This document shows, one piece after another, positions 27,101-39,004 of a DNA stretch of 64,000 bases. The translations under genes and the position numbers were made by a program. The stretch spans positions 4,927,784 to 4,991,783 of the forward strand of contig JAUPSS010000004.1 of NCBI GenBank assembly GCA_040285825.1, written 5' to 3'. The notes beneath the pieces were generated by a model. It made no database searches. It saw only the letters and a program-made list of their open reading frames with translations, and was not told where the DNA came from. Positions within the stretch are counted from its first letter, which is position 1. Each line of letters opens with the position of its first letter. The stretch is from Eukaryota sp. TZLM1-RC (Eukaryota; Protista; Metamonada: BaSk clade).

Positions 27101-28087
27101 AACCTGGGCCTACCCAAGTGTAGCTTTACCACTTGCAAACATGAAATAAAAATTCTAGGTAGTATTTTTATAAACAAAACCCGTTATATAGATGAGTCTA
27201 GGATTCAGGGACTGATCAACCTACCCAAACCCAGGACATTACCTGAGGTGAGGAGTTTTATAGGTTCGATCAACTATATACGTGACTGGTTGCCAAATTT
27301 ATCTGATTTGATAGAACCAATCAACAAAATAACCAGAAACAAACCCTCAAAGATCAAGTGGACTCCTGATCATGACGAGGCTTTTGGTAAGATTATAAAT
27401 CTTATCAAAGCAAATATCCCTCTTGAATTGCCCTCAGAAGACAAGCATATTTTAATAAGTGCTGACGCGTCCGATGTGGCTGTAGGTGGAGTAATATGGC
27501 AAGAAGCTAACCCACCTAAAGATCCTACGACACCGCTAATTAAGAGAAAGGTTGTACCTATTGTCTTCTTTAGCAGATTATTATCAACTTCACAAAAGAA
27601 TTGGTCTGTACTTCAGAAAGAGTTGTATGCAATTTTACTAATTCTCACTGACAGTAGTTTAGAAAATTAAATATTTTCGAGGAAATTAACTATTTCCACT
27701 GATCATAGAAATTTAGCATACCTCATATCAGCTCCTGAAAAGAACAGAATTGTGAAGAGGTGGCTACCAATATTGTCAGAATTCAATTTTGATGTAGTCC
27801 ACACTGCAGGCGAGGAGAATTATTGGGCAGACATGTTGTCTAGATTGGTTGACACCAAACCCAAAACTGCTCGAGTCCAACAAGTGAGAAACTTGGCACC
27901 TCACAGAGTTGAAGAACAATTACCCTATTGAAATTGATTAACTAGAGTTAATTTGTTAAGGGATGATATTACTCAATCGTCCACAATTGAGCTACCCACG
28001 ATCAATAGCACTGAAAGAAGCAGTTGAGGATACTAAAGTTGATTTATTTGACACTTGGATCTCAAAGATTAGGCAAGAACAACTTAT

Positions 28088-28501
28088 TGTTCATTCAAAT
28101 CCTGAGTATTATAAGGATTACAAATATAATTCTGATATTCAATTGTATACCAACAATCGTGGGAAGATTGTTATCCCAGATAGTTTAAAGTAGCAGACTT
28201 TAACTATCATTAATGGACATGCAAATGTTGGCCATCCTAGTGTGACGACTAGGGTAAAGAAATTACTCAATAGTGATTACTTCTGGCCAGACATGTTCAT
28301 TCAAATCCTGAGTATTATAAGGATTACAAATATAATTCTGATATTCAATTGTATACCAACAATCGTGGGAAGATTGTTATCCCAGATAGTTTAAAGTAGC
28401 AGACTTTAACTATCATTAATGGACATGCAAATGTTGGCCATCCTAGTGTGACGACTAGGGTAAAGAAATTACTCAATAGTGATTACTTCTGGCCAGACAT
28501 G
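28088..28501. repeat. 206-bp tandem duplication inside the Gypsy C integrase N-terminus
   Basis: tgttcattcaaatcctgag...ccagacatg starts at 28088 and again at 28294. Confidence 0.9.
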
Positions 28502-29779
28502 CGCAAAAACATGATTAATCATATTAAGAGATGCCCAGCATGTCAAAAGACGGCACATGTGCCTAAAAATGTCATTGAATCATCTGGCTCTCTTTGGGCT
28601 GATCGACCTTTTGCACGATTAAACGCAGACACTATTGAACCATTCAACAAGATGATGATGGATTCAAATATTTAATAGTTTTTGTAGATTCGTTCACTAG
28701 GTATACGATCATTTGCCCTGTAAAGGAATTGAATGCAGTGGAGGCAACCAATCACCTCCTATGGAGTGTAGTATCAATTTTTGGTATCCCACTGTTGATT
28801 CATAGTGACAATTGTATTGAATTTGCAAATGCCATTTTCAAAGGGTTATGCGATTTATTAAACATTGAAGTAAGTCGTTCACTAACTAGCTCTTCACAAA
28901 GCAATGGTTTAGTAGAAAGACGACACAGAGACACTTTACGAAGTCTAAGAAAGATTTTGGTGGACTCTGGCGATTATAGCAATTGGAGCAAATATATCCC
29001 AATTGTACAACTTCAAATTAATTCAATTATTAGTAGAGTTACTGGTCATTCGTCCTACAATTTAATGTTTGGTAGCGAACACAGCCCTAGAGCTGATCCT
29101 AGTAATATGTTTGAGAGAAGAGGCAGAGCTCAGGCAAGCTCAACAACTACCTGAAGTTAATAAACATAGGAACCCTTTTAATAAAGGTGACTAAGGTTTG
29201 CGATTAAAGACTAATGGTACACTCCATGGTTGCTTCGCTGGCCCTTTTCTCGTTGAAGAAGTTGAATCCAATAAAAGTTTATTACTCAAGAATCTCGTCA
29301 CTGGTTCGATGTCTACGGCAAGTATTAATCATTGTAAACTATACCTCTCTGACTTCCCTAAAGAAGATATAGATTGGCATAAGAACATTGCTGCCGGTGA
29401 TATGGAAGAATCCGTAATTATTAAGATTATAGATCACTTCGATTTTATAGACTCGAATGATAATAAAATTTCTTATTGCACCGCAGTTTGGTATGGCGAC
29501 GAGACATCGTCTGTCCCAGTTGCTGACGTCAAAAGCACTGAGGCATACCAATCATTTTTGCGGACCCTTAGTCCTCACACCACCAGGAAACGGAAAATGA
29601 ATTCCAATTCTAAATCTAAGACTAATTCCCCGCAGTTAATTCTTATAGCTCTCGTACGAGACCTAAGAGAGGGAAAAGGTAGTGTTGTACTGTGCACAAT
29701 TAGTATAGTATAGACTTCACTAGTGACGGCCTTTATAAGGGCCAGTGAAATTTAAATAAATGTCTTTTATCTTTATTCT

Positions 29780-30609
29780 TGATGCCGTTAGGCAGATGAA
29801 CACACGAAGGAGAGAGAGAAATCTGAGTTTATTAATAAAACTGATTCATAAACGAGTATCACGTCATCAGTCAAAATACAATGAAACCTACTAATTCAAT
29901 TTAAGTTCGACAACAACACTACCTTTTCCCATTTTTCTGAGGACAAATACAGTACTGGCTCAATAGAGGGGAGATATGGGGTTTGTTAAATTCTCCGGTG
30001 CATCGATGGTATGAGAACGTTGGATACCTACGAAAAGAAGTCCTCTGGCAAATCGGTTCAGAAAAGCTATGTCTGGCAACTTCAGTCCGGAAGCCCTACT
30101 CTTTACCTGGAAAAAAAACGTCGCAGGTAACAGGACATACGTTCTCGGACGTCACCAATACGGACATAAAGCATCAGTTCTGACATAGCCAGACTAAAAT
30201 CTTCGTACATGGCGAACGATACGACAGATTGTAGATGTCTGAGAAGAACATCGTCACTGGATCAGCCGTCGGATTTCTGGAGAGATAGGGACTCTAACAG
30301 AAAAGAATCGACCAAGAGTCTTGCTGGAACAAGCTCTTTCTTAGGAGTCACCGAAGAATAAATCTTTCACTCCTATAGGAACAGAAGAACACTTTCAACT
30401 TTCATGGAAGAAAGAGACGTCAGGTTAACAGAGGGAACAGTCATCTGAAATAAGAAGGGCCAATAATTATTGATGCCGTTAGGCAGATGAACACACGAAG
30501 GAGAGAGAGAAATCTGAGTTTATTAATAAAACTGATTCATAGACGAGTATCACGTCATCAGTCAAAATACAATGAAACCTACTAATTCAATTTAAGTTCG
30601 ACAACAACA
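29780..30609 (-). mobile_element. TRIM-like non-autonomous LTR element (family D) nested in the 3' LTR of family C
   Basis: 139-bp LTRs at 29780-29918 and 30471-30609 (one visible mismatch), TSD TTCT, PPT GGGAAAAGGTAG, ~550-bp interior with no pol. Confidence 0.92.
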
Positions 30610-31043
30610 TTCTGTAATGTCTAACCATACAGCATCACATCAGTGAAATCAATGTGGTCGGTTTTGGGTAGAAGTTTTCAAACAGGATATAAGTGTTGTT
30701 TTTCAGGTGGTTGTTTATTCATTGTATGTTGTTGCAACTGTTAGAAAACCAGTTTGATTGATTTTGATTTTGAGTTTGAGTTTGATCATACATTAAACGA
30801 TTGTATTATGAAATGACCAACCTTGGCATCTTTTAGTAGAATTGATGGTTGTGGGTATCTGAAGTAGCTGTCCAGAAAATATAATTTATTCAAATGTCAC
30901 ATTGTAAATAAAACATTAACATTTGTTAATGAATGACAACACTAAATCTGACAACATTATCCCAGTATGATAGAGTATTGCAAATATACTTTGCTTGATC
31001 CAAAGTAGACATTGACTCTTGAATATTTGACAACTCGATTAAA

Positions 31044-31565
31044 CTACGAAAACCATGAATCGTAGAGATCCCAATCAGACCAAGCATGTTCATCAAAAGA
31101 TCCACTTTTGAATAGTTCCCGAAGCTCAACCAACACTTTTCCTAGTAAATTGAGGCCCTTCCATCTGGAAGGATTAAGAGCATCTGGGTTCGCTTCATCT
31201 AGTCCGATTCCCCATATTTTATCAAAAGGGGAGGCTTCAACGAGTATCGAGTCGCCTGTGTTTAGAAGAGCATCCAAAAATTCGGCATTTTGGCTAAACT
31301 TATGGTAACAAACATAAGCCATGAGTGATTCTCTGTGGGTTGTCCATTGTAGATCATTGAATCCAGAGACTTTTCTTCCTAGCGCTTTGGATTTCTTGGG
31401 ATGTGTACTCTGAAGGATTTTTGTTGCCATTGGTTCATCCTTGAACAGTTTGGCTTTCCCATACATAAAGAACTGTTCACTGGAGTGAAACTTAAGGGAT
31501 CCTAATCGGATAGTGCATAACTCAAAGTTTGAGAAGGGGCTTGCGTTCCAAAAAAAGGTATACAT
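31044..31565 (-). CDS. NADAR (YbiA-like) family protein
   Basis: FSNF..FHSSEQFFMYGKAKLFKD..KALGRKV..KFSQN..LLNTG..LVEASPFDKIWGIG..GLNLLGKVL. Confidence 0.93.
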   Translation of the reverse strand: MYTFFWNASPFSNFELCTIRLGSLKFHSSEQFFMYGKAKLFKDEPMATKILQSTHPKKSKALGRKVSGFNDLQWTTHRESLMAYVCYHKFSQNAEFLDALLNTGDSILVEASPFDKIWGIGLDEANPDALNPSRWKGLNLLGKVLVELRELFKSGSFDEHAWSDWDLYDSWFS

Positions 31566-32503
31566 TGAAATCTGTTTTTTATACTTATTTAATTCAAAAG
31601 AAATAGTTGAAAACTAAAAATCAATTTCCTCAAACTCCACATCTACCATTGAAAATTTACATACAGCATTTTCTAACCTTGACAAGGTTATTCAGCATTT
31701 TTTTCATGAAATCTTCCTAGTAATAACAACGAGGTAGAACAAAGGCTATGCGTTCCTTTAAATATAGAAAATACAATTCTATTTGGCCACAAGGCTCAAA
31801 CCAAATATTCTTCCAGTTCTGTTTTTGACAATAGATGAACATTGATCTATAAAAGTTAATGAAATCATACACATTGATTGTTTGAATTTAATTTGGAATT
31901 TCCCACGCCCTTTAATGACTACAGGCTTTATTACACTGAAATGTTTAGACAAGTCCAAACCAAATTGAACTAAAGAACTAAAAAACCAGAGACCAGAAGA
32001 ATAAAACAGCACTGGGCACTCTATTTAGTGAATTAAAAGCAATATGTTTGACTTGTTTATCTATTTTTTTATTTTATTTTTTTGCCCACTTTAACATTTG
32101 ATTCTCCAGGGGATACTGCAGGTCAGATTTTATCAATTCTTTATCAAAATAAAGAGATGCATCATCACACATTGTGTCTCAAAAACTAAAGAAACTACGA
32201 TATCAAATTGAGAGCGACAAAGAAGTAGTCAAACCTCATGAAGCTCGATCACTACGAGTACCATCATTTTTGCGAACTTCCAACATTTGGGCATAAATAA
32301 GATTTATGCATAAAATTATTAAGACTTCCAAATTAAAGCAAACAAAGTTAGAAATTTCAACAATGTTGAATATTGTATCTGGAAATATTATTTGCAGAAA
32401 TGGGCTAATTAGCTTTAGCCAAACCAAGTTTTACTTCCTAATCGAAGGCTATAGTTCAATTTGATCTGATTAAGCTGCAAGATTAGAGAAGTTTTCACAA
32501 AGA

Positions 32504-34453
32504 ATGAGATTTATTTGTAAATTCAAAAATCCCACCATTATTGGCGGAAAAGACCACCATCCTACTACTCCATCACACCAATCAAAAAGCTCAATGTCAT
32601 GTAAGTCTCCGGATAAACATCGATTGGTGTCAAAAATAAACTGCTTCAGTGATAACTTTAAACGATTCATACAGTCTTCCAGGCGACAAGAGACATTCGT
32701 ACCTGACTCGATCGACTTTCGTCCTCCTCCAAACTCCAAACCTCGTTCGCATTCCACTACAACTAATCTTAATGAAGAAATGTTGCGTCGAATCAGTGAT
32801 ATTCGCTCACACAACAACGACAGACTTTCCCAACTAACTGATCAATACTCTCAATCTTCCTTTCGACGTTCCCGTTTGCATGAACTTCATAGATCTCTTC
32901 CCAATTTTCCTACTTCCCCACAACCATCCAATGACCATTCTCTCACCCTTCAGCACACCATTAAATGGACCTCTAGACCTTCTCGATCACAAGTCATGGA
33001 AACAGTCGCCAGTGATGCATCTTCTATTGTTTCTCTCAGCGACGAAGAGCAAGAAAGAGAAGTCTGGCTTGAGGAGGAGGATGAATCATCCATTTTCGAG
33101 GATTCAGTTGATTCTGCAGAGAGTCTGGTCATTAGCAGTTCGGAACCTGAAAGTTCACCTAAAGCAAATGATGACTATATTATAGAAGAAGAACCAATTA
33201 TAAGGGAAAGACCAAAAAAGGTCAATATTGAACCTAAATCTCCAAGAATCTCGAGGACTTTGAAAGAATATTTAGATCAAAAAGAAGAAGAACTTAATCG
33301 AGACACTTGTTTTAAAGCTCGTCCTGTTCCAAAGTCAACAAAAAGACCAAAATTCCGCAGGATTCAAGAAGACCGTCTCCGTAGGTCAATGGAAATCAAA
33401 CAGAAATCAAAGGAACTCACAAAGGCACGTGAAGCTCCGTTTGCATTAACTCAACGACCTAAAAGAGCCTTTTCGGCACCTTCTCCCTCAAATTTTCCTT
33501 CCATTGATGTAATACCTCCACATAAACCAAAGTTCAAAGCCAAGCCCGTCCCTGAAACCTGTAGAATTCCACTTTTTGACAATATTATTAATAACCAAGA
33601 TGAGGAAAGGAAGGCCAGGAAAAAAGAACGTTCAACCAAGCTTTTATCAATGTCGAAACTCCCAAAAAGGATGGAATTTCATGAGGAATTGAAGAAGGAA
33701 GGGGTGGGTAGGAAACCTACTCAATCCAAGTTCAGATTTAAACCAAAGATTAACCGCAAAATTCCTGATTTTGATGAATTACAACTTAAATTTAGAAGTT
33801 TATTGGATTCAAAAAAGAATGAATTTCAACCAACCGAACCAGTTGAGTTTAATCTTTCTTGTGCAAAGAATAAGGAATCTGTTATTGAAATGGTCAAGAA
33901 TGATATATTAAAAGATGAACAAATGCTAAGCGAGAATCGTTGGCCTTATATGGCTCCCAGGACTGCTATCAAACCATCCAAAGTTCCCCCAGAATCGATG
34001 CCGCCTCCTCAACGGGGTACAATTACTAGCAGTAGTAGGGCTGAAACCACTGCTAAGCGAAGAGAGGAAAAAGAGTTGAGAGAGCTGGAGTTGAGGAAGG
34101 AAGAGGCTGAGCGAAGAAGAAAACATAGGGAAATTACTAAAAAGGTAGCAGCAGCAGTTGTTTTCACCGATGAAGAATACAGAAAAAGAAACGAACAAAA
34201 GTGTAATGAGTTCAAGGAACGTGTAGCTAATGATACAGCTGCTTACATGGCCAGAGTGAGAGAGATGTACGACCAGCTTGAGACTAGACCTTTTCTGTTT
34301 CAGAGATCTTTTGACAAGACGGCGAAGAAGAGTAGCAGGGATTCTGATAGAAAGTCAAGAAAAGTCAAGAAAAGGGTCAATAATGATGATAGTAGCGATG
34401 GTTTGTCTGATTTAGAGCCTACAATTGTTATAGAAGGTGATGATTTGGAATAG
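32504..34453 (+). CDS. FAM161 family microtubule/centriole protein (start uncertain)
   Basis: Repeated FKARPVP/FKAKPVP motifs, APF, IPDFDELQ..PTEPVEFNL, ETRPFLFQ, charged coiled coil. Confidence 0.7.
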   Translation: MRFICKFKNPTIIGGKDHHPTTPSHQSKSSMSCKSPDKHRLVSKINCFSDNFKRFIQSSRRQETFVPDSIDFRPPPNSKPRSHSTTTNLNEEMLRRISDIRSHNNDRLSQLTDQYSQSSFRRSRLHELHRSLPNFPTSPQPSNDHSLTLQHTIKWTSRPSRSQVMETVASDASSIVSLSDEEQEREVWLEEEDESSIFEDSVDSAESLVISSSEPESSPKANDDYIIEEEPIIRERPKKVNIEPKSPRISRTLKEYLDQKEEELNRDTCFKARPVPKSTKRPKFRRIQEDRLRRSMEIKQKSKELTKAREAPFALTQRPKRAFSAPSPSNFPSIDVIPPHKPKFKAKPVPETCRIPLFDNIINNQDEERKARKKERSTKLLSMSKLPKRMEFHEELKKEGVGRKPTQSKFRFKPKINRKIPDFDELQLKFRSLLDSKKNEFQPTEPVEFNLSCAKNKESVIEMVKNDILKDEQMLSENRWPYMAPRTAIKPSKVPPESMPPPQRGTITSSSRAETTAKRREEKELRELELRKEEAERRRKHREITKKVAAAVVFTDEEYRKRNEQKCNEFKERVANDTAAYMARVREMYDQLETRPFLFQRSFDKTAKKSSRDSDRKSRKVKKRVNNDDSSDGLSDLEPTIVIEGDDLE

Positions 34454-35144
34454 TTTTGTATTTATTTGTAAATTTATTCAATTTTTGAGCTGAAATGATT
34501 TACACACAGCAGAAGGAAGCATGCTCTGTCGTTGCTTAGGCAACTAAAGGGCAAATGCATACAATTTGATATTATGGTTGAAATCAAATCAACCAGATTA
34601 ATACAATGGACAACAGCAAAGAAATCAGATAGCAGAAAACGCAGAATTTTTTTAGATGATGTTGCTGTTTTTGATTGTTTCGGTTCAAATATTTCAAAAC
34701 AAGTTGTTGACGTTAAATTATCAACATAGATAGAAGAAACCTCCGTCCACAAAAACTCGTGCTGATTCGCTAACGACACGTGTTAAACGAACTGAATCTC
34801 AATTCTCAAATCGAATGGTTCACCAATTCTTTGTTTGTGGCATAAGATGTTTGTTTTTCTTTTTGAATGAAGAAACAAAAAAGTCCTCTTAGTCGCTGTG
34901 TCTTTAATCTTGATCAATAGTGGATAAATATGCCTTTCACATAACCACAAAACAAAATTTTCTATTTACAATCAATATGTAATTCTGAGCTAGTAACACT
35001 TTACAGTTAACAACCATGAAGCTTTTATCATTCTTTTCCATCAGACAACCATTTCCCTTGCACAAAACCATATGAGAATTTGAAGGCTTGGGAATCAAAA
35101 ATCATTATCCTCAAAATTAGTATCACTGAAGTTCATCTGAAACG

Positions 35145-36455
35145 ATGGACACTCTTCTCCAAAAGGTACTTCCATTGAGCTCATTGTCCACCCTTTCTCC
35201 ACAATGCCAGAAATTACTCCACTCCATTAGAATTGGCAGAGATGTTCAGATTTCCATACACCCTTCCACCACTGATCATATCTTCAAGGAAATACTTGCA
35301 GTTCTTTTACTAGGTGCACTCGATAAAGCCAGTGTCTTTCTCAACAAGCTCAATCATCCCCAAATCGCAGTTGTTTCTAACCTCGCTGATCCACATGACC
35401 AATTTCTCTCCTCCTTTTTGTTATCCCTCTCGTCACACTTAAGTATCTCGGATGGTACCTCTTCTGCACCTGTAGTGGTCATGTCCATGGACGATGTTGC
35501 GTTTGATCCATTTCTTTTGTCATGTATACAGATTTTCATTTATATAGATTTCAACACCAAACCACTGAGTGACCAACAATCTATCAATTTGAACAACATT
35601 TTGTCTTGTCTTCCAAGCAGTAGGGTTGGTAGACAGACTGTTTCTGTCCATCCTGAATCAGTGAGTTGTATTTGCAATTCATTTTACCCGGAAATTTACA
35701 ACTTTACACATCATAAAACTAAATGGCTCAATGTTGGTTTTATAAAAAATCTGTCTAATTCCATTGCAAATATAATTGGCGAAACGGGAGCTATATTCTG
35801 CTTGGTTGTTGTGTCAACCAGTAGAGCATCTGCCTTGAAAGATATAAAGTTCAGTTTGTACGAAAAGGGGTTTCCCACTGAGGTTGGGGTTGGGGTACAA
35901 GGAGAGGTGCTTAATTGCAATGCTAGAGTGTTACTGCTCCATGAGAAGGAGCTTGACAGCCTTTCTGTTGACATGTTTGACGTTGGGGTTGTCGTCGGTA
36001 TTGTAGAAGAAGAGACAGTGAAGAAGATGGAGAGTCATGTTAGAGATTGTGGTTATATAGTTAGCCTAGCAAAGGAAACCGAAGCTCGAAGTATGAACAA
36101 AGTCTTTTTTGATCTAAACATTGATGTAGGTAATGCTTCTGTTCTTGGTTGTCCTGAGCTAGATATTCCTCAAGCCTATCCTTCCACTGATCACTTTTTG
36201 TCAATGGTTATGCCTACAGGTTTGGGTTTGGCAACCATATGTTCCCGATTCAATGCCTTTGTTGTGCTTCGGCAAAAGTCTAATTCTGATGTGGCCAAAA
36301 TAGATCTGGATAGTTTGATTTACTTTTATAACTTATTAGATTCACAGTTTGCTGGTTCAATGACTCAAGACCCATTGGAGTGCGGTGGAGTTCGGTGCAC
36401 ATGTAATGATCCTCCAATAGAATGCTGGGTGATACCAATAAATGAGACTGTTTGA
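35145..36455 (+). CDS. Hypothetical protein with degenerate DEAD-box-like architecture
   Basis: 436-aa open ORF; LSPQCQ..IRIGRDV, ILSCLP..RQTV and LSVDMFDVGVVV echo DEAD-box landmarks; no GKT or DEAD. Confidence 0.55.
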   Translation: MDTLLQKVLPLSSLSTLSPQCQKLLHSIRIGRDVQISIHPSTTDHIFKEILAVLLLGALDKASVFLNKLNHPQIAVVSNLADPHDQFLSSFLLSLSSHLSISDGTSSAPVVVMSMDDVAFDPFLLSCIQIFIYIDFNTKPLSDQQSINLNNILSCLPSSRVGRQTVSVHPESVSCICNSFYPEIYNFTHHKTKWLNVGFIKNLSNSIANIIGETGAIFCLVVVSTSRASALKDIKFSLYEKGFPTEVGVGVQGEVLNCNARVLLLHEKELDSLSVDMFDVGVVVGIVEEETVKKMESHVRDCGYIVSLAKETEARSMNKVFFDLNIDVGNASVLGCPELDIPQAYPSTDHFLSMVMPTGLGLATICSRFNAFVVLRQKSNSDVAKIDLDSLIYFYNLLDSQFAGSMTQDPLECGGVRCTCNDPPIECWVIPINETV

Positions 36456-36614
36456 GTGTTGCCTAATTTTATTTTGATTTATCAGTTTGTTGTCTCTGTT
36501 TGAGAAACATATGAGACTATTTTAAAATTACCAAATTTGTTGTAAATAAACCAAGAAAAGCTTGTGAATATACAAAAGTTACAATTGGGTGATCTGTCAA
36601 AACACTGATATCTC

Positions 36615-38792
36615 TTGGAAAATTTGATTTTTTGGATCAAAGTGCATTATTCAATGCGTCATCAGCACACTGTAGGTGTTCCCTACCTCATTTCCCAGTA
36701 TTTCAAGAAAAGAAATACCAGTTCTGAGGCGTCACACAAGTTTCAAACAGCAATCTGTTCGATACTTAAAGGTAATGTACTTGTCGGATCTAGGAAGCCG
36801 TTGAGGAACAAACCAGAATGGGTTACTCCCGAAGTTGCCAATGGTGGGTTTGCCACAGGTAATTGTGAAGCTGGTGGTCCTCTTCGTCCATATGAATACC
36901 AATATGCCACAGAATTCCTTGCACTGACTGATGAAGACAACGGCATCTTGAAACAGCTTCCAGAGCATGATGTACGCATTCTTGCAAACTCTTATTTCCT
37001 CACAGAGAATGGTCTAGCCCATCTGAAACAACTTTATCAAAACAAGTCCTATTATTGTAACACTATGGAAGAAGCAGCTTTGCTCTCTTTCTATTTACTT
37101 CACCGGCATGATTGCGATGCAGATCTTCTACTATTGGAACAAATAAGTCCTTTTTTTCCGGAGTTACGCTTCTTTCCTCAGCCCTGTGAACCTCTCCACC
37201 TCGATCTCTCAACTCCCAACGCTTTTGTCTACACTGTAGCCGATGTAGAACATATGCTGAGCCAAATGGAAGTCAAGCCTTCTTATCAACGAAAAGCGGA
37301 TGCTATTCATTATACCCTGCCTGTGATTGACACCCTGGTGCACCTAGCTCTTGAGACACGTGACTCTGACAACGTTCCATTTAGGCAAGTGACCACTGTA
37401 TCAACGCATTTGTACCATTTATTGGAGGATTTATATTCAAAATTACCTCCGGAACAACGAAATTGTAAAAGATTACGAAAAGGGTATAAGCCTTTTCTAA
37501 TTGCTACTCAAACCTTGTTTCAAGGATTCCCGGATTCGGTCCCAGACTCGGTCATCAAGCATGTACAAATGGTTCTGGCTGGCATTGCCAAGAAACGTGG
37601 ACTACCTGGATCAAGACAACACGAGGATTTGCGAAAAGGGCAAGAAAAACTGAGTAGAGGGGTGAATGAATACAAGTCAAGACTTTTAAGCACCAGAATC
37701 AGTTTAAATGAGTTTATTCCCACATTTGGCATTCCTAAATCAGGTTTACAAGCCTTTGAAGATGGCCCTGGAATGTTCTTTAAAGTTATTAAAAGGGCCA
37801 TGATCACTTCTGTTCAGGAATTGTTTGATGCTGGCTTAATCAACAGTGCAGAACAACTTTCCCGGATTGCTAATCAGTTGTTGGTTTATTCCAAGATTTC
37901 CTCCTATAAAGATGAATCAGTAAAGTATTTGATGTTTCAACTATACCATGCTTTTGAACGTCGAAGATCTCTTTTGCTGCTCAATTTGGAAGGGCAGGTC
38001 AGGATTGAGGAAGTTCCTCATTTTCAGAAGCTTTTGGACCATTTAGACATGGCAGAAGTTTTAATTCAGAGACAAATGCAAGAATTTGATGCATGTAAAT
38101 TGGTTTTGAGAGCTTATTTGGAAAGATTTCCATTTACTCAACTGCCTAATAAGTTCATTTCTGCTCTTAAGCAGTTCTCAATTAATAATTCCCAGCTCTG
38201 TTTAATACCAGAACTAGCTGTTGATATTTTCGAAAATGGTTTTTCCCCAAACTTTCTCAGAGCAGTTCATGTCACTGTTCCTCGGATCAGAAACACTTTA
38301 TATGCAAAGTATTATAAGGTTGATTGTGACGAACTTTCTGCTGTCAATGATCCGCGTGATTTGTACAAAATATGTGAAAGAAGAGCTTCCACGTTTTCGT
38401 CTCAATCTCGGTCATATACTGTTCGAAATGGCAAAATTATTGAACAAGTCTATATTCTAACTACTTTTAATCTTGCTGAAATAATTGGTGTTTTTGATTT
38501 CAACCCAAAGGTCCTTGCACGGGCTTGTTTAAATTGTGTCAGTTTTCTATGTGGAACTCATCTCGAGACCGAGGTGTCCAAAAGTGTTCACAAGAATGCA
38601 GCTTATTGTTTTAGACAACTGCTCTTCTTTTTTTCATCCATTCCAAACAATTTGAAAGAGTCGGTGACCAATTCTATGATTGGAACAGTGAGGGGAAACC
38701 CAAAAACCAAGGACTCTGATCTGGAGTTACTGTTAGTTGATGTGTTTTGTAAAAATTGTCGAAGTTCCAATCCAATGTTTCTTGGTTGGTAG
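36615..38792 (+). CDS. Large uncharacterised protein resembling a bacterial conserved hypothetical (likely start ATG ~36653)
   Basis: 725-aa intronless ORF with PEWVTPEVANGGFATG..AGGPL, EEAALL, RRRSLLLLNLEGQVRIEEVP and RNGKIIEQVYILTTFNLA. Confidence 0.75.
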   Translation: MENLIFWIKVHYSMRHQHTVGVPYLISQYFKKRNTSSEASHKFQTAICSILKGNVLVGSRKPLRNKPEWVTPEVANGGFATGNCEAGGPLRPYEYQYATEFLALTDEDNGILKQLPEHDVRILANSYFLTENGLAHLKQLYQNKSYYCNTMEEAALLSFYLLHRHDCDADLLLLEQISPFFPELRFFPQPCEPLHLDLSTPNAFVYTVADVEHMLSQMEVKPSYQRKADAIHYTLPVIDTLVHLALETRDSDNVPFRQVTTVSTHLYHLLEDLYSKLPPEQRNCKRLRKGYKPFLIATQTLFQGFPDSVPDSVIKHVQMVLAGIAKKRGLPGSRQHEDLRKGQEKLSRGVNEYKSRLLSTRISLNEFIPTFGIPKSGLQAFEDGPGMFFKVIKRAMITSVQELFDAGLINSAEQLSRIANQLLVYSKISSYKDESVKYLMFQLYHAFERRRSLLLLNLEGQVRIEEVPHFQKLLDHLDMAEVLIQRQMQEFDACKLVLRAYLERFPFTQLPNKFISALKQFSINNSQLCLIPELAVDIFENGFSPNFLRAVHVTVPRIRNTLYAKYYKVDCDELSAVNDPRDLYKICERRASTFSSQSRSYTVRNGKIIEQVYILTTFNLAEIIGVFDFNPKVLARACLNCVSFLCGTHLETEVSKSVHKNAAYCFRQLLFFFSSIPNNLKESVTNSMIGTVRGNPKTKDSDLELLLVDVFCKNCRSSNPMFLGW

Positions 38793-39004
38793 GTTGCCTG
38801 AGTTTGTGTTCGTTGTAAATATAAATATTTTTTCATGAAATTTTTTAAACTTGAAGTAGCAAAATCAGACAAAGATTGTATTGAATCACGAATATCATAT
38901 TTTTTGAGGAAAACCAATTTTTGATAAAATGTACAAAATTGCTGTAAATTCAGATTCATTTATTTTATATTATTAATTCATTCTAAAAAAAGTCTAATGA
39001 TCAA

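Larger units (their letters stand above)
20987..30637 (+). mobile_element. Ty3/Gypsy LTR retrotransposon family C (gag-PR-RT-RNaseH-IN-chromodomain), degenerate, 5' LTR not found
   Basis: CSLCKTNKHPEEKC knuckle, IDNGA protease, LDLPKAFWQ/FGLKN/YIDD RT, DASDVAVGG/KELYA RNase H, GHP..CPAC and HSDN..NGLVER integrase; PPT GAGAGGGAAAAGGTAG before a 3' LTR at 29683-29779 + 30614-30637. Confidence 0.9.
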
